37,290 bases of DNA, taken from IMG/VR virus record IMGVR_UViG_3300028394_000043, one strand, 5' to 3'. The notes under the pieces are model-generated. The model saw only the letters and a list, made by a program, of their open reading frames with translations, searched no databases and had not been told where the DNA came from. Below, piece after piece: positions 20,519 through 30,219 of the stretch (its first letter is position 1; each line of letters starts with the position of its first letter). The stretch is from a virus (lineage: Duplodnaviria; Heunggongvirae; Uroviricota; Caudoviricetes). A program made the translations under genes and the position numbers.

Positions 20519-21217
20519 ATGGCAACAATAACATCTGCGGCAACAAGAGGTAGTGTAAAAGCACAAGGGATTAGTTCGTTATATAGTACTTGGGAAGAAA
20601 TTAGAGATTTCACAAATGGAACAAGTGTTTCCGTAAATACAAATGATGCTCAAGCAATTAGAGTAAGTGATGTGACAACTAAATTAACAACAACTTGGAC
20701 TTGCCATAGATATTTTATGGCGTTTGACACTTCGGCAATAACGTCAGTTCCCGGTTCGGCAACATTGTATATCTATGGTAATACAACCGCCACTAGTGAT
20801 TTAATTGCGGTTAAAGCAACAGCCCCAACAACATCCACAAATATTGCAACAACAAATTATTCAAATATTTCCGGTTATCTCGCCACTAATAGTATGGCAG
20901 GATTAGTTACCGACTATTCATCAGTCGCAGGACCGGGATTAAGTACTACTGCATATAACGCAATCCCTTTAAACTCCGCAGCACTATCTGATATGAATAG
21001 TTTAACAACATTTAAATTAGCGTTAGTTAATTATTCACAAGATTATTTATATGTGGCACCATTAGGTGGTCAAGATTTAAGGATGGGAATAAGTATTACA
21101 AATGCCCCGTATATAACATATACGGGGTTTGGAGGTAAAATTTATAGTATATCATTGGCGAGTATTAGTAAGGTTGATGATACCGCAATATCAAATATTG
21201 GTAGTATAAATGTTTAA
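20519..21217 (+). CDS. Putative fibre-tip/adhesin partner protein, possibly a DNRLRE/CBM96-like beta-sandwich
   Basis: 232 aa, 14 nt downstream of the giant gene. HRYFMAFDTSAI..SATLYIYG resembles the DNRLRE-type pattern; short C-terminal I-x-x-I repeat tail. Confidence 0.5.
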   Translation: MATITSAATRGSVKAQGISSLYSTWEEIRDFTNGTSVSVNTNDAQAIRVSDVTTKLTTTWTCHRYFMAFDTSAITSVPGSATLYIYGNTTATSDLIAVKATAPTTSTNIATTNYSNISGYLATNSMAGLVTDYSSVAGPGLSTTAYNAIPLNSAALSDMNSLTTFKLALVNYSQDYLYVAPLGGQDLRMGISITNAPYITYTGFGGKIYSISLASISKVDDTAISNIGSINV

Positions 21218-24200
21218 TCAAATAAATGTTGTATTTGGTTTATAACCATTTCTGATGTTATTGATTTGTGACACTCAAATTGACGTTGAGTTCCTTTATG
21301 TTCGGGACACCAATTCCAATCACCTTTATCAAATTTAAATTGTGGTTTATTCCAACATCCATTACATACGGAGGTGTTAATAATCCTCGTACAATTAGTG
21401 GTAAACTCGTGGTCAGGTTCAGTAAAATTAGAAATCATAACAACGTGTTTTCCAATCGCCCAAGATAACCAAGAAAGACCACTTGATAACCCAATAAAAA
21501 AATCGCTATTATGAATAACATTCATAGTATTTTCAATTGAAGTATCTTTTATTTTTGTAACATTTTTTAAGTCATCTCCTTTTTTGGAAACATTTATAAC
21601 TTTGTAACCTTTTAAAACTAAATAATCAACCAATTCTTGCCAACCCGTTGGGTTGTTCCAATATTTTAATCCTGATGTTGATTCATTTGCTATTGTCACA
21701 TATTTTGTGTTATACGGATTACCTTTTGGTGTAAAATTAATCTCAGGTTTTATTTCAGTAAATTCTAAACCAAGTATGTTGGTTACCGTTTTCTGTAATG
21801 GAATAGTATTTGGTAATTCAGGTTCGCAATCTTCGTTATAAAACCAACCCAATTTATACATACCATAAAGGTTATGGACTGTTACTCCCGGTTCAACAAA
21901 CACTAACTCAGGATATGTTTTCTTAAATAATTTATTCCAAAATGTTGACACAATTACAATACAATTATGTTTTTTCTTAAATTCTAATGCGTATGGTATC
22001 CAAGCAATTGTGTCACCTAAAGACTTACTATCATATGCGATATATACTCGTTTACCGGTATAGTCTAAAGTATTCTCATATATAATATTACCATCTTTAG
22101 TGATTTGAGTGTTCCATTTAGTGTAATACTCTCTATTTAATTTAACCCACGTATTAAGTGAGATATTATTTTCATATTGAACAACACCTTGTTCATCTCT
22201 GAATTTAACATTATAAATCCCATCATCAGTTCCTTTAATCTCTAAAAAAGGTTTCTCAACAAAATATTGAGTCACCTCAATTTCTAATGATAGTTTTTCT
22301 TGTTTAGTAATATCCATATTGTTTACTTTCTTATATAAATTTTCGTGTTTCTTTGCAAAAGTTTCTGATTGATTAACCGGTAATGTATATGATACCTCAC
22401 TATCCAATAACTGTAATAATTTGTTCTTGGTAGATTGTAAATTATCATATATTGGTGTAATATACTGAATAAACATATCCATATATTGTGGTAAGTTTCT
22501 TGATAATATTTTAAGACCATATGATGCAGCTTCTCTTAAAACTAATGGATTACATTCCCAAGTTGAATTAAACATAAGGACATCCGCGGATTTCATAAAT
22601 AAATGAACATCGTTTCTTTCACCCCACACAATAACATTAGAGGGGATGTCTTTCATTATTGGTTCCCAGTATTCTTGGAAATTTGGAGCTTGATTTCCTA
22701 TGAAATGAAATTGTAATTCCGGATTGGTATTTTCCAATAACCTTGCTAATTCAATACCTTCTTTTTGGTTTTTACCTTGTGTCCAAAGACCAACATTAAT
22801 GATATGTTTTTTAGATAAATCAAAACCTAATTTAATTTTTGACGATAATTTATCATCTTCAGTTGTAATATTATTATCTATAGGAAATTCTAATACTTCA
22901 CTATACGATGGCATATCTGTAAATGATTTTTCTTTATGGTATGGAGTACAAAATGCGTATGCCTCAGGGTGAAATTTTTTGGATAAATATGGGTTAAAAA
23001 ATATGTTATGACAAGTTTCAATAACTTTCCAAGTTCTATTATTATTGTATAGTAAATTCATTAATTCTGATGAAACATTATTAAACGCATCAAAGGATTC
23101 TAACATCTCATCTAAATGAACGATATCTATATTATTTTTTTTGATAATATCTATCACTTCTAATTTATTTTCACCTAATGTCCAAAAATGAGATGGAGGT
23201 ATTAATTTTTGGATTTCACTTTTTTGAACAATATACTCGTAACTAACATTTGAATATTCAACAACAAATATTTCAAATATGGTGGTATATTTTAATAATG
23301 TTTCAATTCTTTTTAATAAGAAACTTGGCATACCTCCGGTTGAAAGATGAGGACACAAGAATAAAATTTTAATTTTAGAAGTCTCATTTTTATTATCAAT
23401 TAAATCAAATATTTTTTCAATTTCGGATTCTCTTTTTTCTCCGTGAAATACTTTAATATTTGTTTTATTTTTTGGTAATAAATAAAATTCTTTTACCATT
23501 GTATCTGACTCAACATTAGTTGTTAAAAAATGATTAACAGTATCCGCACCATTAACATTAATATAAACCATAGGTAACCCTTTACCTTCTGTTGATAATT
23601 TCCAAGTCAATACATTATAAATTGTTTCATCAGAAAATGGGCAAATATGTGCAACGTCAACTATTTTTGAAAATAGATTTTTACATTCTTTCCATATTAA
23701 AATAAAATCTTTAACATCTTTAGTTCCAACTATAACATTAGTTGTTCTATAGTGACTTCTCTGTTCAGGTAACATCCCAAAAAAACTCATCATAGGCCAT
23801 TCTAAAGTATTTGTTAAATCAACCGAATTATCTTTTTTCCAAAATGGGTTTCCTTTTAAAGACCCATCTGAATTTACAATTAAAACATATTCATACGGAC
23901 CTAAACTTGCCAATGGAAATTCTTTAACTTCTTTACAATAGTCAAATAAATCATCAATATTTGTGTTTGCAATACAATCCGAGTCTAAATAAACCCACTC
24001 ATCTATTTGAGATTCACAAGCGTCCAACATACTATCAATTTTAGCCCCTAACGATAGAAAAGTTCTTAATGTTTGTCTATTAACATATTGATTACCCTCG
24101 TAGGTTGTAAAACTATCTTCAGATAGTGAGGGTAAATTTAAATCTAACCTTTTACATTTACAGATAGAGGTTAGTTTATCTGTTGCGGTATAATCAATAG

Positions 24201-24303
24201 TATAAACAATAATATCATATTTTGAATATTTTTTGATGCTACGAACTAATTGATACGTAATATCTTCATAATTTTTTGTTGTGTGTGTTATAAAACTTCT
24301 CAT
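21214..24303 (-). CDS. Three-domain glycosyltransferase: GT-A (GT8-like) + GT4 + Aah/TibC-like protein O-heptosyltransferase domain
   Basis: aa ~1-305: YLDSD DxD, FSDE, VFHG. aa ~310-665: PHLSTGGMP, NVGLWTQGKNQ, ECNPLVLREA (GT4 E-X7-E). aa ~675-1029: SLGDTIAW, FIGLSSGLSWLSWA, CNGCWN..WCP..FEC (four-Cys iron finger of Aah/TibC). Confidence 0.85.
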   Translation of the reverse strand: MRSFITHTTKNYEDITYQLVRSIKKYSKYDIIVYTIDYTATDKLTSICKCKRLDLNLPSLSEDSFTTYEGNQYVNRQTLRTFLSLGAKIDSMLDACESQIDEWVYLDSDCIANTNIDDLFDYCKEVKEFPLASLGPYEYVLIVNSDGSLKGNPFWKKDNSVDLTNTLEWPMMSFFGMLPEQRSHYRTTNVIVGTKDVKDFILIWKECKNLFSKIVDVAHICPFSDETIYNVLTWKLSTEGKGLPMVYINVNGADTVNHFLTTNVESDTMVKEFYLLPKNKTNIKVFHGEKRESEIEKIFDLIDNKNETSKIKILFLCPHLSTGGMPSFLLKRIETLLKYTTIFEIFVVEYSNVSYEYIVQKSEIQKLIPPSHFWTLGENKLEVIDIIKKNNIDIVHLDEMLESFDAFNNVSSELMNLLYNNNRTWKVIETCHNIFFNPYLSKKFHPEAYAFCTPYHKEKSFTDMPSYSEVLEFPIDNNITTEDDKLSSKIKLGFDLSKKHIINVGLWTQGKNQKEGIELARLLENTNPELQFHFIGNQAPNFQEYWEPIMKDIPSNVIVWGERNDVHLFMKSADVLMFNSTWECNPLVLREAASYGLKILSRNLPQYMDMFIQYITPIYDNLQSTKNKLLQLLDSEVSYTLPVNQSETFAKKHENLYKKVNNMDITKQEKLSLEIEVTQYFVEKPFLEIKGTDDGIYNVKFRDEQGVVQYENNISLNTWVKLNREYYTKWNTQITKDGNIIYENTLDYTGKRVYIAYDSKSLGDTIAWIPYALEFKKKHNCIVIVSTFWNKLFKKTYPELVFVEPGVTVHNLYGMYKLGWFYNEDCEPELPNTIPLQKTVTNILGLEFTEIKPEINFTPKGNPYNTKYVTIANESTSGLKYWNNPTGWQELVDYLVLKGYKVINVSKKGDDLKNVTKIKDTSIENTMNVIHNSDFFIGLSSGLSWLSWAIGKHVVMISNFTEPDHEFTTNCTRIINTSVCNGCWNKPQFKFDKGDWNWCPEHKGTQRQFECHKSITSEMVINQIQHLFD

Positions 24304-25256
24304 TGTTGGATTTTATAATTTAAAGACCCTTTTTGTCTATATTCATTTTTATTTTCTTCGGTAATAATAAATTGTTTTTGAGAGATGTAACCATTATCAT
24401 TTATTTCTATATTAATAATTTCATTGTCATTAACGTATTGGTAATACCAATGTCTAGCCGTTAAAGATAAATGATGATTATCATTTATTGTAAAAAATAT
24501 TAATTCTTCATTTGCTATATTATTTAACCATAAAATTAAACGATTATCAATATTATTCCCAATAATCTCAACAGAATAATCGTGAGTAATAATGTTAATT
24601 CCGCTATCATTAAAAAAAGAAGATGATTTTTGATTGATTATTAAAAAATTAAAATTTTGATTATTAACTTTATCGTATAATATTCTTTCTAATGATTGCC
24701 CCGGATTTACAACAGTATTAATTAGTTGATTAATTGATGAAGGTAATTTTATATTCTCAAGATAATAGTTTGGGACTCCTCCAAAAATTAAAGTCTCATA
24801 AATTAAATATTCTTCAGCACATTGATGAAAGAAAATCATTTTTTTATTTTGTTCAAACATTTTCTCGCGCAATGTTTCAAGTTTACTTAAATCTTTATCA
24901 CCAAATAAATTATCTGATTCAAGAAAATAAAAAAACTCATACCCCAAATTATTACAAAAATTGATTCCATTATTAATGTTTTTACTGACCGTTAGTGTGT
25001 GACCATTATTGTTGATTATTGTGTCAAAGTCGGTTGTTATACAAAATGTTATTGGTGTTAAATCATACGGTAATAATAAATTTTCATTATCGTATAACGT
25101 ATAATTAACTTTTTCTTGTATATATGTCGGGATTGGATAGTGAGAAACAACCATTAAGTCATAATCTGTATTAGATAATATATCTATACAGTCTGATAAC
25201 ATTTTTTCACTATTATTAGTTGAAGGATAACACCCTATTATAATAATTTTTTTCAT
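24300..25256 (-). CDS. Hypothetical protein, possible divergent GT-A glycosyltransferase
   Basis: 318 aa. Rossmann-like start (IIIIGCYP..LMVVSHYP) and FFYFLESD at a DxD-like position; ATGA overlaps with both neighbours. Confidence 0.45.
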   Translation of the reverse strand: MKKIIIIGCYPSTNNSEKMLSDCIDILSNTDYDLMVVSHYPIPTYIQEKVNYTLYDNENLLLPYDLTPITFCITTDFDTIINNNGHTLTVSKNINNGINFCNNLGYEFFYFLESDNLFGDKDLSKLETLREKMFEQNKKMIFFHQCAEEYLIYETLIFGGVPNYYLENIKLPSSINQLINTVVNPGQSLERILYDKVNNQNFNFLIINQKSSSFFNDSGINIITHDYSVEIIGNNIDNRLILWLNNIANEELIFFTINDNHHLSLTARHWYYQYVNDNEIINIEINDNGYISQKQFIITEENKNEYRQKGSLNYKIQQ

Positions 25257-25894
25257 AACATATCTTTAAATCTATATTCTCTTTCAATCCTATCATTTTC
25301 ATTCCCTTTTTGTATAATAATACAATTTGGTGCAAATGTAATCATTTTAATATTTAATGGATTTGAGTGTAAATTATAATGACTGTTGACGGTGTGATTA
25401 AGTTTTGTGAAATAATCAACAATATTTAGATTTCCGGTATTATAACCATATAATGTGGTATTAGGGTTCCAATAACTACATTCAATATCTTCAATAATAT
25501 AGACACCTCCGTCTTGTAATAAATTTTCAAATAAATAATAAAAACATTTTAATTGATGGTCGGCTATATGACTACCATCATCAATTATTATTTTACAATC
25601 ATCTATTTTAGATGAAACACTTATTAAATCATCTATATTACTTTGGTCTCCCATAAAAATTTCACCTCTTTCAGTAATTGAAGAATGTCCAATATCCATC
25701 CCATATATTTTAGCAAGACTAAAATATGTTTCCCATAATTTATAAGATTTTCCCTCATCAATACCAATCTCTAATAATGAGAACTTTTCATTTTTAAATT
25801 TATCTAAAAATATAGGATAAATTTCTGTATATTGATGATATGTTGATTTATCACAATCAAAATTATTTGATAATTTGGTCATTAATTCATTCAT
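25253..25894 (-). CDS. Class I SAM methyltransferase, MycE/TylE-like sugar O-methyltransferase type
   Basis: LLEIGIDEGKS (motif I), IYGMDI, GDQS, IIIDDGSH, GGVYIIEDI. Confidence 0.8.
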   Translation of the reverse strand: MNELMTKLSNNFDCDKSTYHQYTEIYPIFLDKFKNEKFSLLEIGIDEGKSYKLWETYFSLAKIYGMDIGHSSITERGEIFMGDQSNIDDLISVSSKIDDCKIIIDDGSHIADHQLKCFYYLFENLLQDGGVYIIEDIECSYWNPNTTLYGYNTGNLNIVDYFTKLNHTVNSHYNLHSNPLNIKMITFAPNCIIIQKGNENDRIEREYRFKDML

Positions 25895-25898
25895 AGTT

Positions 25899-27470
25899 TT
25901 ATTCTATATTTAATTTGTGTAATGATATTAATTTATTGTCATTGTCGTATCCCTCAATTTTAATGTATTCAGTTATAACGTAATTAGATAAATCTATATA
26001 AAAAAGTGTTTTAGATTTTAATGTATAATATTCAATTTCATAAATTAAATTGTCCGTTAAATCTTTAATTTTTAATTTAATATATGGTATATCTAATAAT
26101 GACCTAAATATTAATCGATTATCCTTTATTTCAACATTAACTATCGCCCCACCCGAAAAGAAGTTTAAATCACATAAAAGATTAACCCTATCTTCTTTTT
26201 TATATCCTGTGACGTGAACTATAAAATCTCCCGGATTCCAACATAGGTCATTAACTCCAAAATAGTTGAATACCATAAACGGAGAATTTATATACCAAAA
26301 TCTGTTTAAAATTTTTTCATCAATAATTTTAATATGAGGGGCGAATTCAGGTTTAAGTATAGTTATTCTAGCCTGTCTACCTTCGTAGTCGTGAGTAAAA
26401 AAATCCATACCATTAGGATATTCTTTTGCCTCCCAAATATCTTCTAATATTTTTAAACCAAACTCGTCGTTCTTAACTAAAAATTGACTTGTTATGATAT
26501 TATCAGTATTAAATGGGGTGATTGTTGGGGTATCAATTGCCGGATTATTATGACACGGAACAATAAATGAATAATCGTCATCAATTATTGTTTCCAATTT
26601 TATTGTGGTATTCATAATTAAACAATCCAAATCAATAAAAAATAACCAATCAAAATTATTAGTTTTCAAAACATCTATTGATGATGATATTTTAGCCCAA
26701 CAAACACTTCTATCGAAATTTTCAACTTTATGTGGAATTAATGTATATCCGTGTAAATCACAATATTTTTTAATATTTCTATCTACGGTTATCTCTTTCA
26801 TTTTTTCATAATTGTCGTCGTAAACAATTAAAACCGCAATCCTTTTAGTCTCTAGTTTTTTTTTTAAAGACCAAGTACCAAACCGCTCATTAGTTATTGT
26901 TGGTATATAACCATTCTTTTTGCAAAATTCGTCTACGGCTGGATTAACACCAAATACTCCGTGATAAAATTCACCATTCCATATATGTTTATCTTTTTTA
27001 TTTTCCGCAAAATTTGGGTCGTTATACCAATCAATATTCATATAATCGTGACCACATAGATACCCACCCAGTTTCAATTTAGGGTACCATAAATTAATAT
27101 CCTGAACAACATAATCATATGCGTGATTTGCATCAATATAAACAAAGTCTAATGAGTTATCTTCAAAAATATCAGAAGAAACTTCTGAAGACGCTCTAAC
27201 CATAATTGCTCTATCTTCATAACCTGAGATATTATTCATCGCCTCACCATAAACTCCATTTACAAAATTACCGTGGTTACTTGAATCTAAGTATTCTTCG
27301 TCACTTAATGGTCTCCACACATCAACCATATATAGGGTTCCTCCCCACATATCTAAAATTTCTTTTGAGAACTGCCCTTTAAATGTTCCAACTTCAACAC
27401 CTTTCCCCAATGGGAATTCTTGAGTGATTTCTTGAATTAATTCGTTTCTTGTTATATCTCTTCTTATCAT
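25899..27470 (-). CDS. Fusion: Methyltransf_24-like methyltransferase + GT34 (MNN10/GMA12)-like glycosyltransferase
   Basis: N-half: GVEVGTFKG, DFVYIDANHAY, GGYLCGHDY, GVNPAVDEF. C-half: YCDLHGY, WAKI, DWLFFIDLDCLIMN, YEG, GDFIVHVTG. Confidence 0.82.
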   Translation of the reverse strand: MIRRDITRNELIQEITQEFPLGKGVEVGTFKGQFSKEILDMWGGTLYMVDVWRPLSDEEYLDSSNHGNFVNGVYGEAMNNISGYEDRAIMVRASSEVSSDIFEDNSLDFVYIDANHAYDYVVQDINLWYPKLKLGGYLCGHDYMNIDWYNDPNFAENKKDKHIWNGEFYHGVFGVNPAVDEFCKKNGYIPTITNERFGTWSLKKKLETKRIAVLIVYDDNYEKMKEITVDRNIKKYCDLHGYTLIPHKVENFDRSVCWAKISSSIDVLKTNNFDWLFFIDLDCLIMNTTIKLETIIDDDYSFIVPCHNNPAIDTPTITPFNTDNIITSQFLVKNDEFGLKILEDIWEAKEYPNGMDFFTHDYEGRQARITILKPEFAPHIKIIDEKILNRFWYINSPFMVFNYFGVNDLCWNPGDFIVHVTGYKKEDRVNLLCDLNFFSGGAIVNVEIKDNRLIFRSLLDIPYIKLKIKDLTDNLIYEIEYYTLKSKTLFYIDLSNYVITEYIKIEGYDNDNKLISLHKLNIE

Positions 27471-27500
27471 TTAATTAAAAACTAATAGTTTATTATGTAT

Positions 27501-27530
27501 AAAATAATAAAAAGTCATTAATGAATCAAG
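27501..27530 (-). promoter_or_regulatory. Candidate host-type promoter for the minus-strand glycosylation cassette
   Basis: Minus strand reads cTTGATT-N17-TATTTT (overlapping TTATTATTTT), ~30 nt upstream of the ATG at 27470; AT-rich context weakens this. Confidence 0.3.
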
Positions 27531-27569
27531 TTTAAAAAAAAACTATTTATGGAAAAAGATTTATAATTA

Positions 27570-27577
27570 TATTTATA
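27570..27577 (+). promoter_or_regulatory. TATTTATA motif, with a second TATTTAT at 27544-27550
   Basis: Exact octamer 3 nt before the ATG at 27581, plus aacTATTTATg 30 nt upstream. Confidence 0.55.
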
Positions 27578-27580
27578 AGG

Positions 27581-29914
27581 ATGTTAACAATAGAGATTAC
27601 AAGTTTATCGGGACACCCACCTTACAATTTATCAATATGTGATATTTCGTATGCTAATTGTTCTTTAGTTGCCACTAATGTTATGGTTGCTCCGGTTATT
27701 TTAACTGTTCCAACATTATTACAATCCGCAACACAATTAATTGTGTCTGTTACCGATTTTTTAGGATGTCAATATTTTGAAGTGATTAATTGTTTAACTC
27801 CGACACCAACACCAACAATTACAACAACACCAACAGTAACTCCAACAAATATTTCTTGTAGTTGTATTACATTTGTTAATGATAATCCGGCTAGTTATGG
27901 TTACGAATATACCGATTGTGACGGATTTACTTACACATATAAATTAGATGCTTATACAACAGTATATGTTTGTGGTAAAGACCCTAATGTTTTTGGTGGT
28001 CCTGTAACCTATACAATCGGTTCACCTTGTGTTGACAATACTTGTCCATTCCCAAGTCCAACACCATCAGGGACACCAACTCCAACACCCACGTTACCAC
28101 CAATAGTTGGTTATTTTGAAGATTGTTGTAATTCATCGAATCAATTTACAATTTCAGACATTCCCGTTTCATTCTCACCATTATCAGGAATATATTTTAT
28201 TGATGTTAAAGGGTTTATTGGTTGTGCGACATTTATCCCAAGTACAACTTCGGGGGATGTATATTCATATGGTGCTATGAGCACATCTTTTTTTACTTGT
28301 GACGATTGTTTTAAATTAAACCCATTTTACACCTGTGTTACCCCAACACCAACATCAACACAAACACCTACACCAACCGTAACACCAACAATAACACCAA
28401 CAATAACGTTAACACCTAGTATAACCTCAACTATTACTCCAACAGTTACCCCAACAATTACTCAATCAGTTACTCCAACTATTACCCCTACTATTACCGC
28501 AACTAGTACTACGACACCAACGGTAACTCCATCAATTACCGCAACAAGAACTGTTACACCAACTATTACCTCAACAAGTACTTTAACACCCACCTCAACA
28601 CCAACAAATACTGCAACGATAACTCCATCTATAACGCCAACTAATACTGTCACACCGACTGTTACACCAACTCAAACTCTAACACCTACATCCACAGTAA
28701 CTCCAACTATGACTGAGACTCCAACAAATACGCCAACACCTACTATAACGGAAACTCCAACACCTACACCAACTAATACATTAACCCCAACAAGTACGCC
28801 ACAACAAATGGTTTTACAACTATTGGGATGTTGTGGAGGAATAACAGAGTATGTTTTAGATAACCCGACACTTTACTCATTACCGGGAGTTTATACCGCA
28901 ACAAATGGTTTACCTTATGAGGTTGTTAATAATACACCAATACCAGGTGTCCCAACAGTAGTGATAAATGATACCTTTAATTATAATAGCTGTAGTTATT
29001 GGTTTTCATTTTTCGCAACTTCTTGTCCTACACCAACACCAACACCAACAAATACTCAAACACCGACTCCAACAGTAACAACAACCCCAACAACAACACC
29101 AACAACAACACCGACACCTACTACATTACCAATTACTAATCCTGAAGCGTTTGCTTATGCTTCACAAGTTATCGCTTCAGGTGGTTCGATTGATTATACA
29201 ACAGCATTAGCTTTAGACACTTTATTTACCGATTTACAAAGTTATGGTTTATATAGTCTGTTAGAAGGGTTTTATCCTATGTTAGGAACCACTTCGGCAA
29301 CACAAGCAATTAATGCCAATGGAAATACCGCATATGATTTACAACTTAGTGGTGGTTGGATATTTGGTTCTTTGGGAATGCAAGGTAATGGAATCAACAC
29401 ACAAGCTTACACAGGTAAAGATTATGTTTATATAACAGGTAATGAATTAGATAACACTCACTTTTCAATATATGGAACGGTACCAAATAACACACCAAGT
29501 AATGGGGATTTATCAGTTAGTGGTAGTATTTCCCGATGGGTAACTATAACCTTAAATAGAATAGGTGCTGGAACAGGTCGTTATGAATATGATTGTAATT
29601 CGGGAAGTGATGCGTCACCTAATTTAAACTCAGGTGATTTTGTTACCATTTCTACTCAGGGTGGTAGTACATATGCCTATCAAAATGGTGTAGCTGCAAT
29701 TCCTAGTAGTGCTGGAAGTATAACATCTTTTTACGACATAGCATCATTATATTTAGGGGTGTCTTATAATGTTAGTTGTTCATCATATGTTGGTCGTTCA
29801 GTAAATACATTTGGATGGTCTAGCTTTGGTGGGTTTATGAGTACATTAGATATGGCAACTTATCAAACTATTGTCAATACATTTATGACATCAATCGGAA
29901 GAAATACTTATTAA
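27581..29914 (+). CDS. Modular Cys-rich / Pro-Thr mucin-like putative virion fibre protein with C-terminal head domain
   Basis: 777 aa: four small Cys-containing modules separated by PT tracts (longest ~150 aa, nt ~28340-28800), then a ~260-aa C-domain beginning [29 protein letters not shown]. Confidence 0.75.
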   Translation: MLTIEITSLSGHPPYNLSICDISYANCSLVATNVMVAPVILTVPTLLQSATQLIVSVTDFLGCQYFEVINCLTPTPTPTITTTPTVTPTNISCSCITFVNDNPASYGYEYTDCDGFTYTYKLDAYTTVYVCGKDPNVFGGPVTYTIGSPCVDNTCPFPSPTPSGTPTPTPTLPPIVGYFEDCCNSSNQFTISDIPVSFSPLSGIYFIDVKGFIGCATFIPSTTSGDVYSYGAMSTSFFTCDDCFKLNPFYTCVTPTPTSTQTPTPTVTPTITPTITLTPSITSTITPTVTPTITQSVTPTITPTITATSTTTPTVTPSITATRTVTPTITSTSTLTPTSTPTNTATITPSITPTNTVTPTVTPTQTLTPTSTVTPTMTETPTNTPTPTITETPTPTPTNTLTPTSTPQQMVLQLLGCCGGITEYVLDNPTLYSLPGVYTATNGLPYEVVNNTPIPGVPTVVINDTFNYNSCSYWFSFFATSCPTPTPTPTNTQTPTPTVTTTPTTTPTTTPTPTTLPITNPEAFAYASQVIASGGSIDYTTALALDTLFTDLQSYGLYSLLEGFYPMLGTTSATQAINANGNTAYDLQLSGGWIFGSLGMQGNGINTQAYTGKDYVYITGNELDNTHFSIYGTVPNNTPSNGDLSVSGSISRWVTITLNRIGAGTGRYEYDCNSGSDASPNLNSGDFVTISTQGGSTYAYQNGVAAIPSSAGSITSFYDIASLYLGVSYNVSCSSYVGRSVNTFGWSSFGGFMSTLDMATYQTIVNTFMTSIGRNTY

Positions 29915-29915
29915 T

Positions 29916-30143
29916 ATGAAAGTAACAATTTTAACAACAGAACAAAAAGACATTCTAAATAAACAAGAGGTGTGTCCAAAATTAACATTTAACCCGGTTC
30001 AGGATGTAAATGAAGATTGGGTTATTTCTGAAAAAGAAATAAATGATTGTGTTAACCCCAATTTTATGTGGGTAAAAGAATTAGTTTTAACTGATTGGTT
30101 AGGTTCGTATGTTCCACCAATAATAAGTGAAGAAGAAATATAA
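29916..30143 (+). CDS. Small acidic protein, possible assembly chaperone/partner of the upstream fibre
   Basis: 75 aa, starts 1 nt after the upstream stop; LTTEQKD..FNPVQD..WVIS..E..WVKEL. Function is inferred from position only. Confidence 0.55.
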   Translation: MKVTILTTEQKDILNKQEVCPKLTFNPVQDVNEDWVISEKEINDCVNPNFMWVKELVLTDWLGSYVPPIISEEEI

Positions 30144-30170
30144 ATAATGTCTTAACTCACAATAAGTAAT

Positions 30171-30200
30171 CTTTATATTTTCTAACTCATTATTATCTTT
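30171..30200 (+). promoter_or_regulatory. Candidate host-type promoter for the plus-strand glycosylation cassette
   Basis: CTTTAT-N13-TTATTATCTTT(tg), a near match to the Bacteroidota -7 element TAnnTTTG, ~20 nt before the ATG at 30220. Confidence 0.3.
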
Positions 30201-30219
30201 TGTTTAAAATAAGAGATAT

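Noticed and set aside
30139-30146. T4-type late promoter TATAAATA upstream of the GT60 cassette
   Set aside because: Single occurrence overlapping an ATA-TAA gene end in AT-rich sequence; likely chance.
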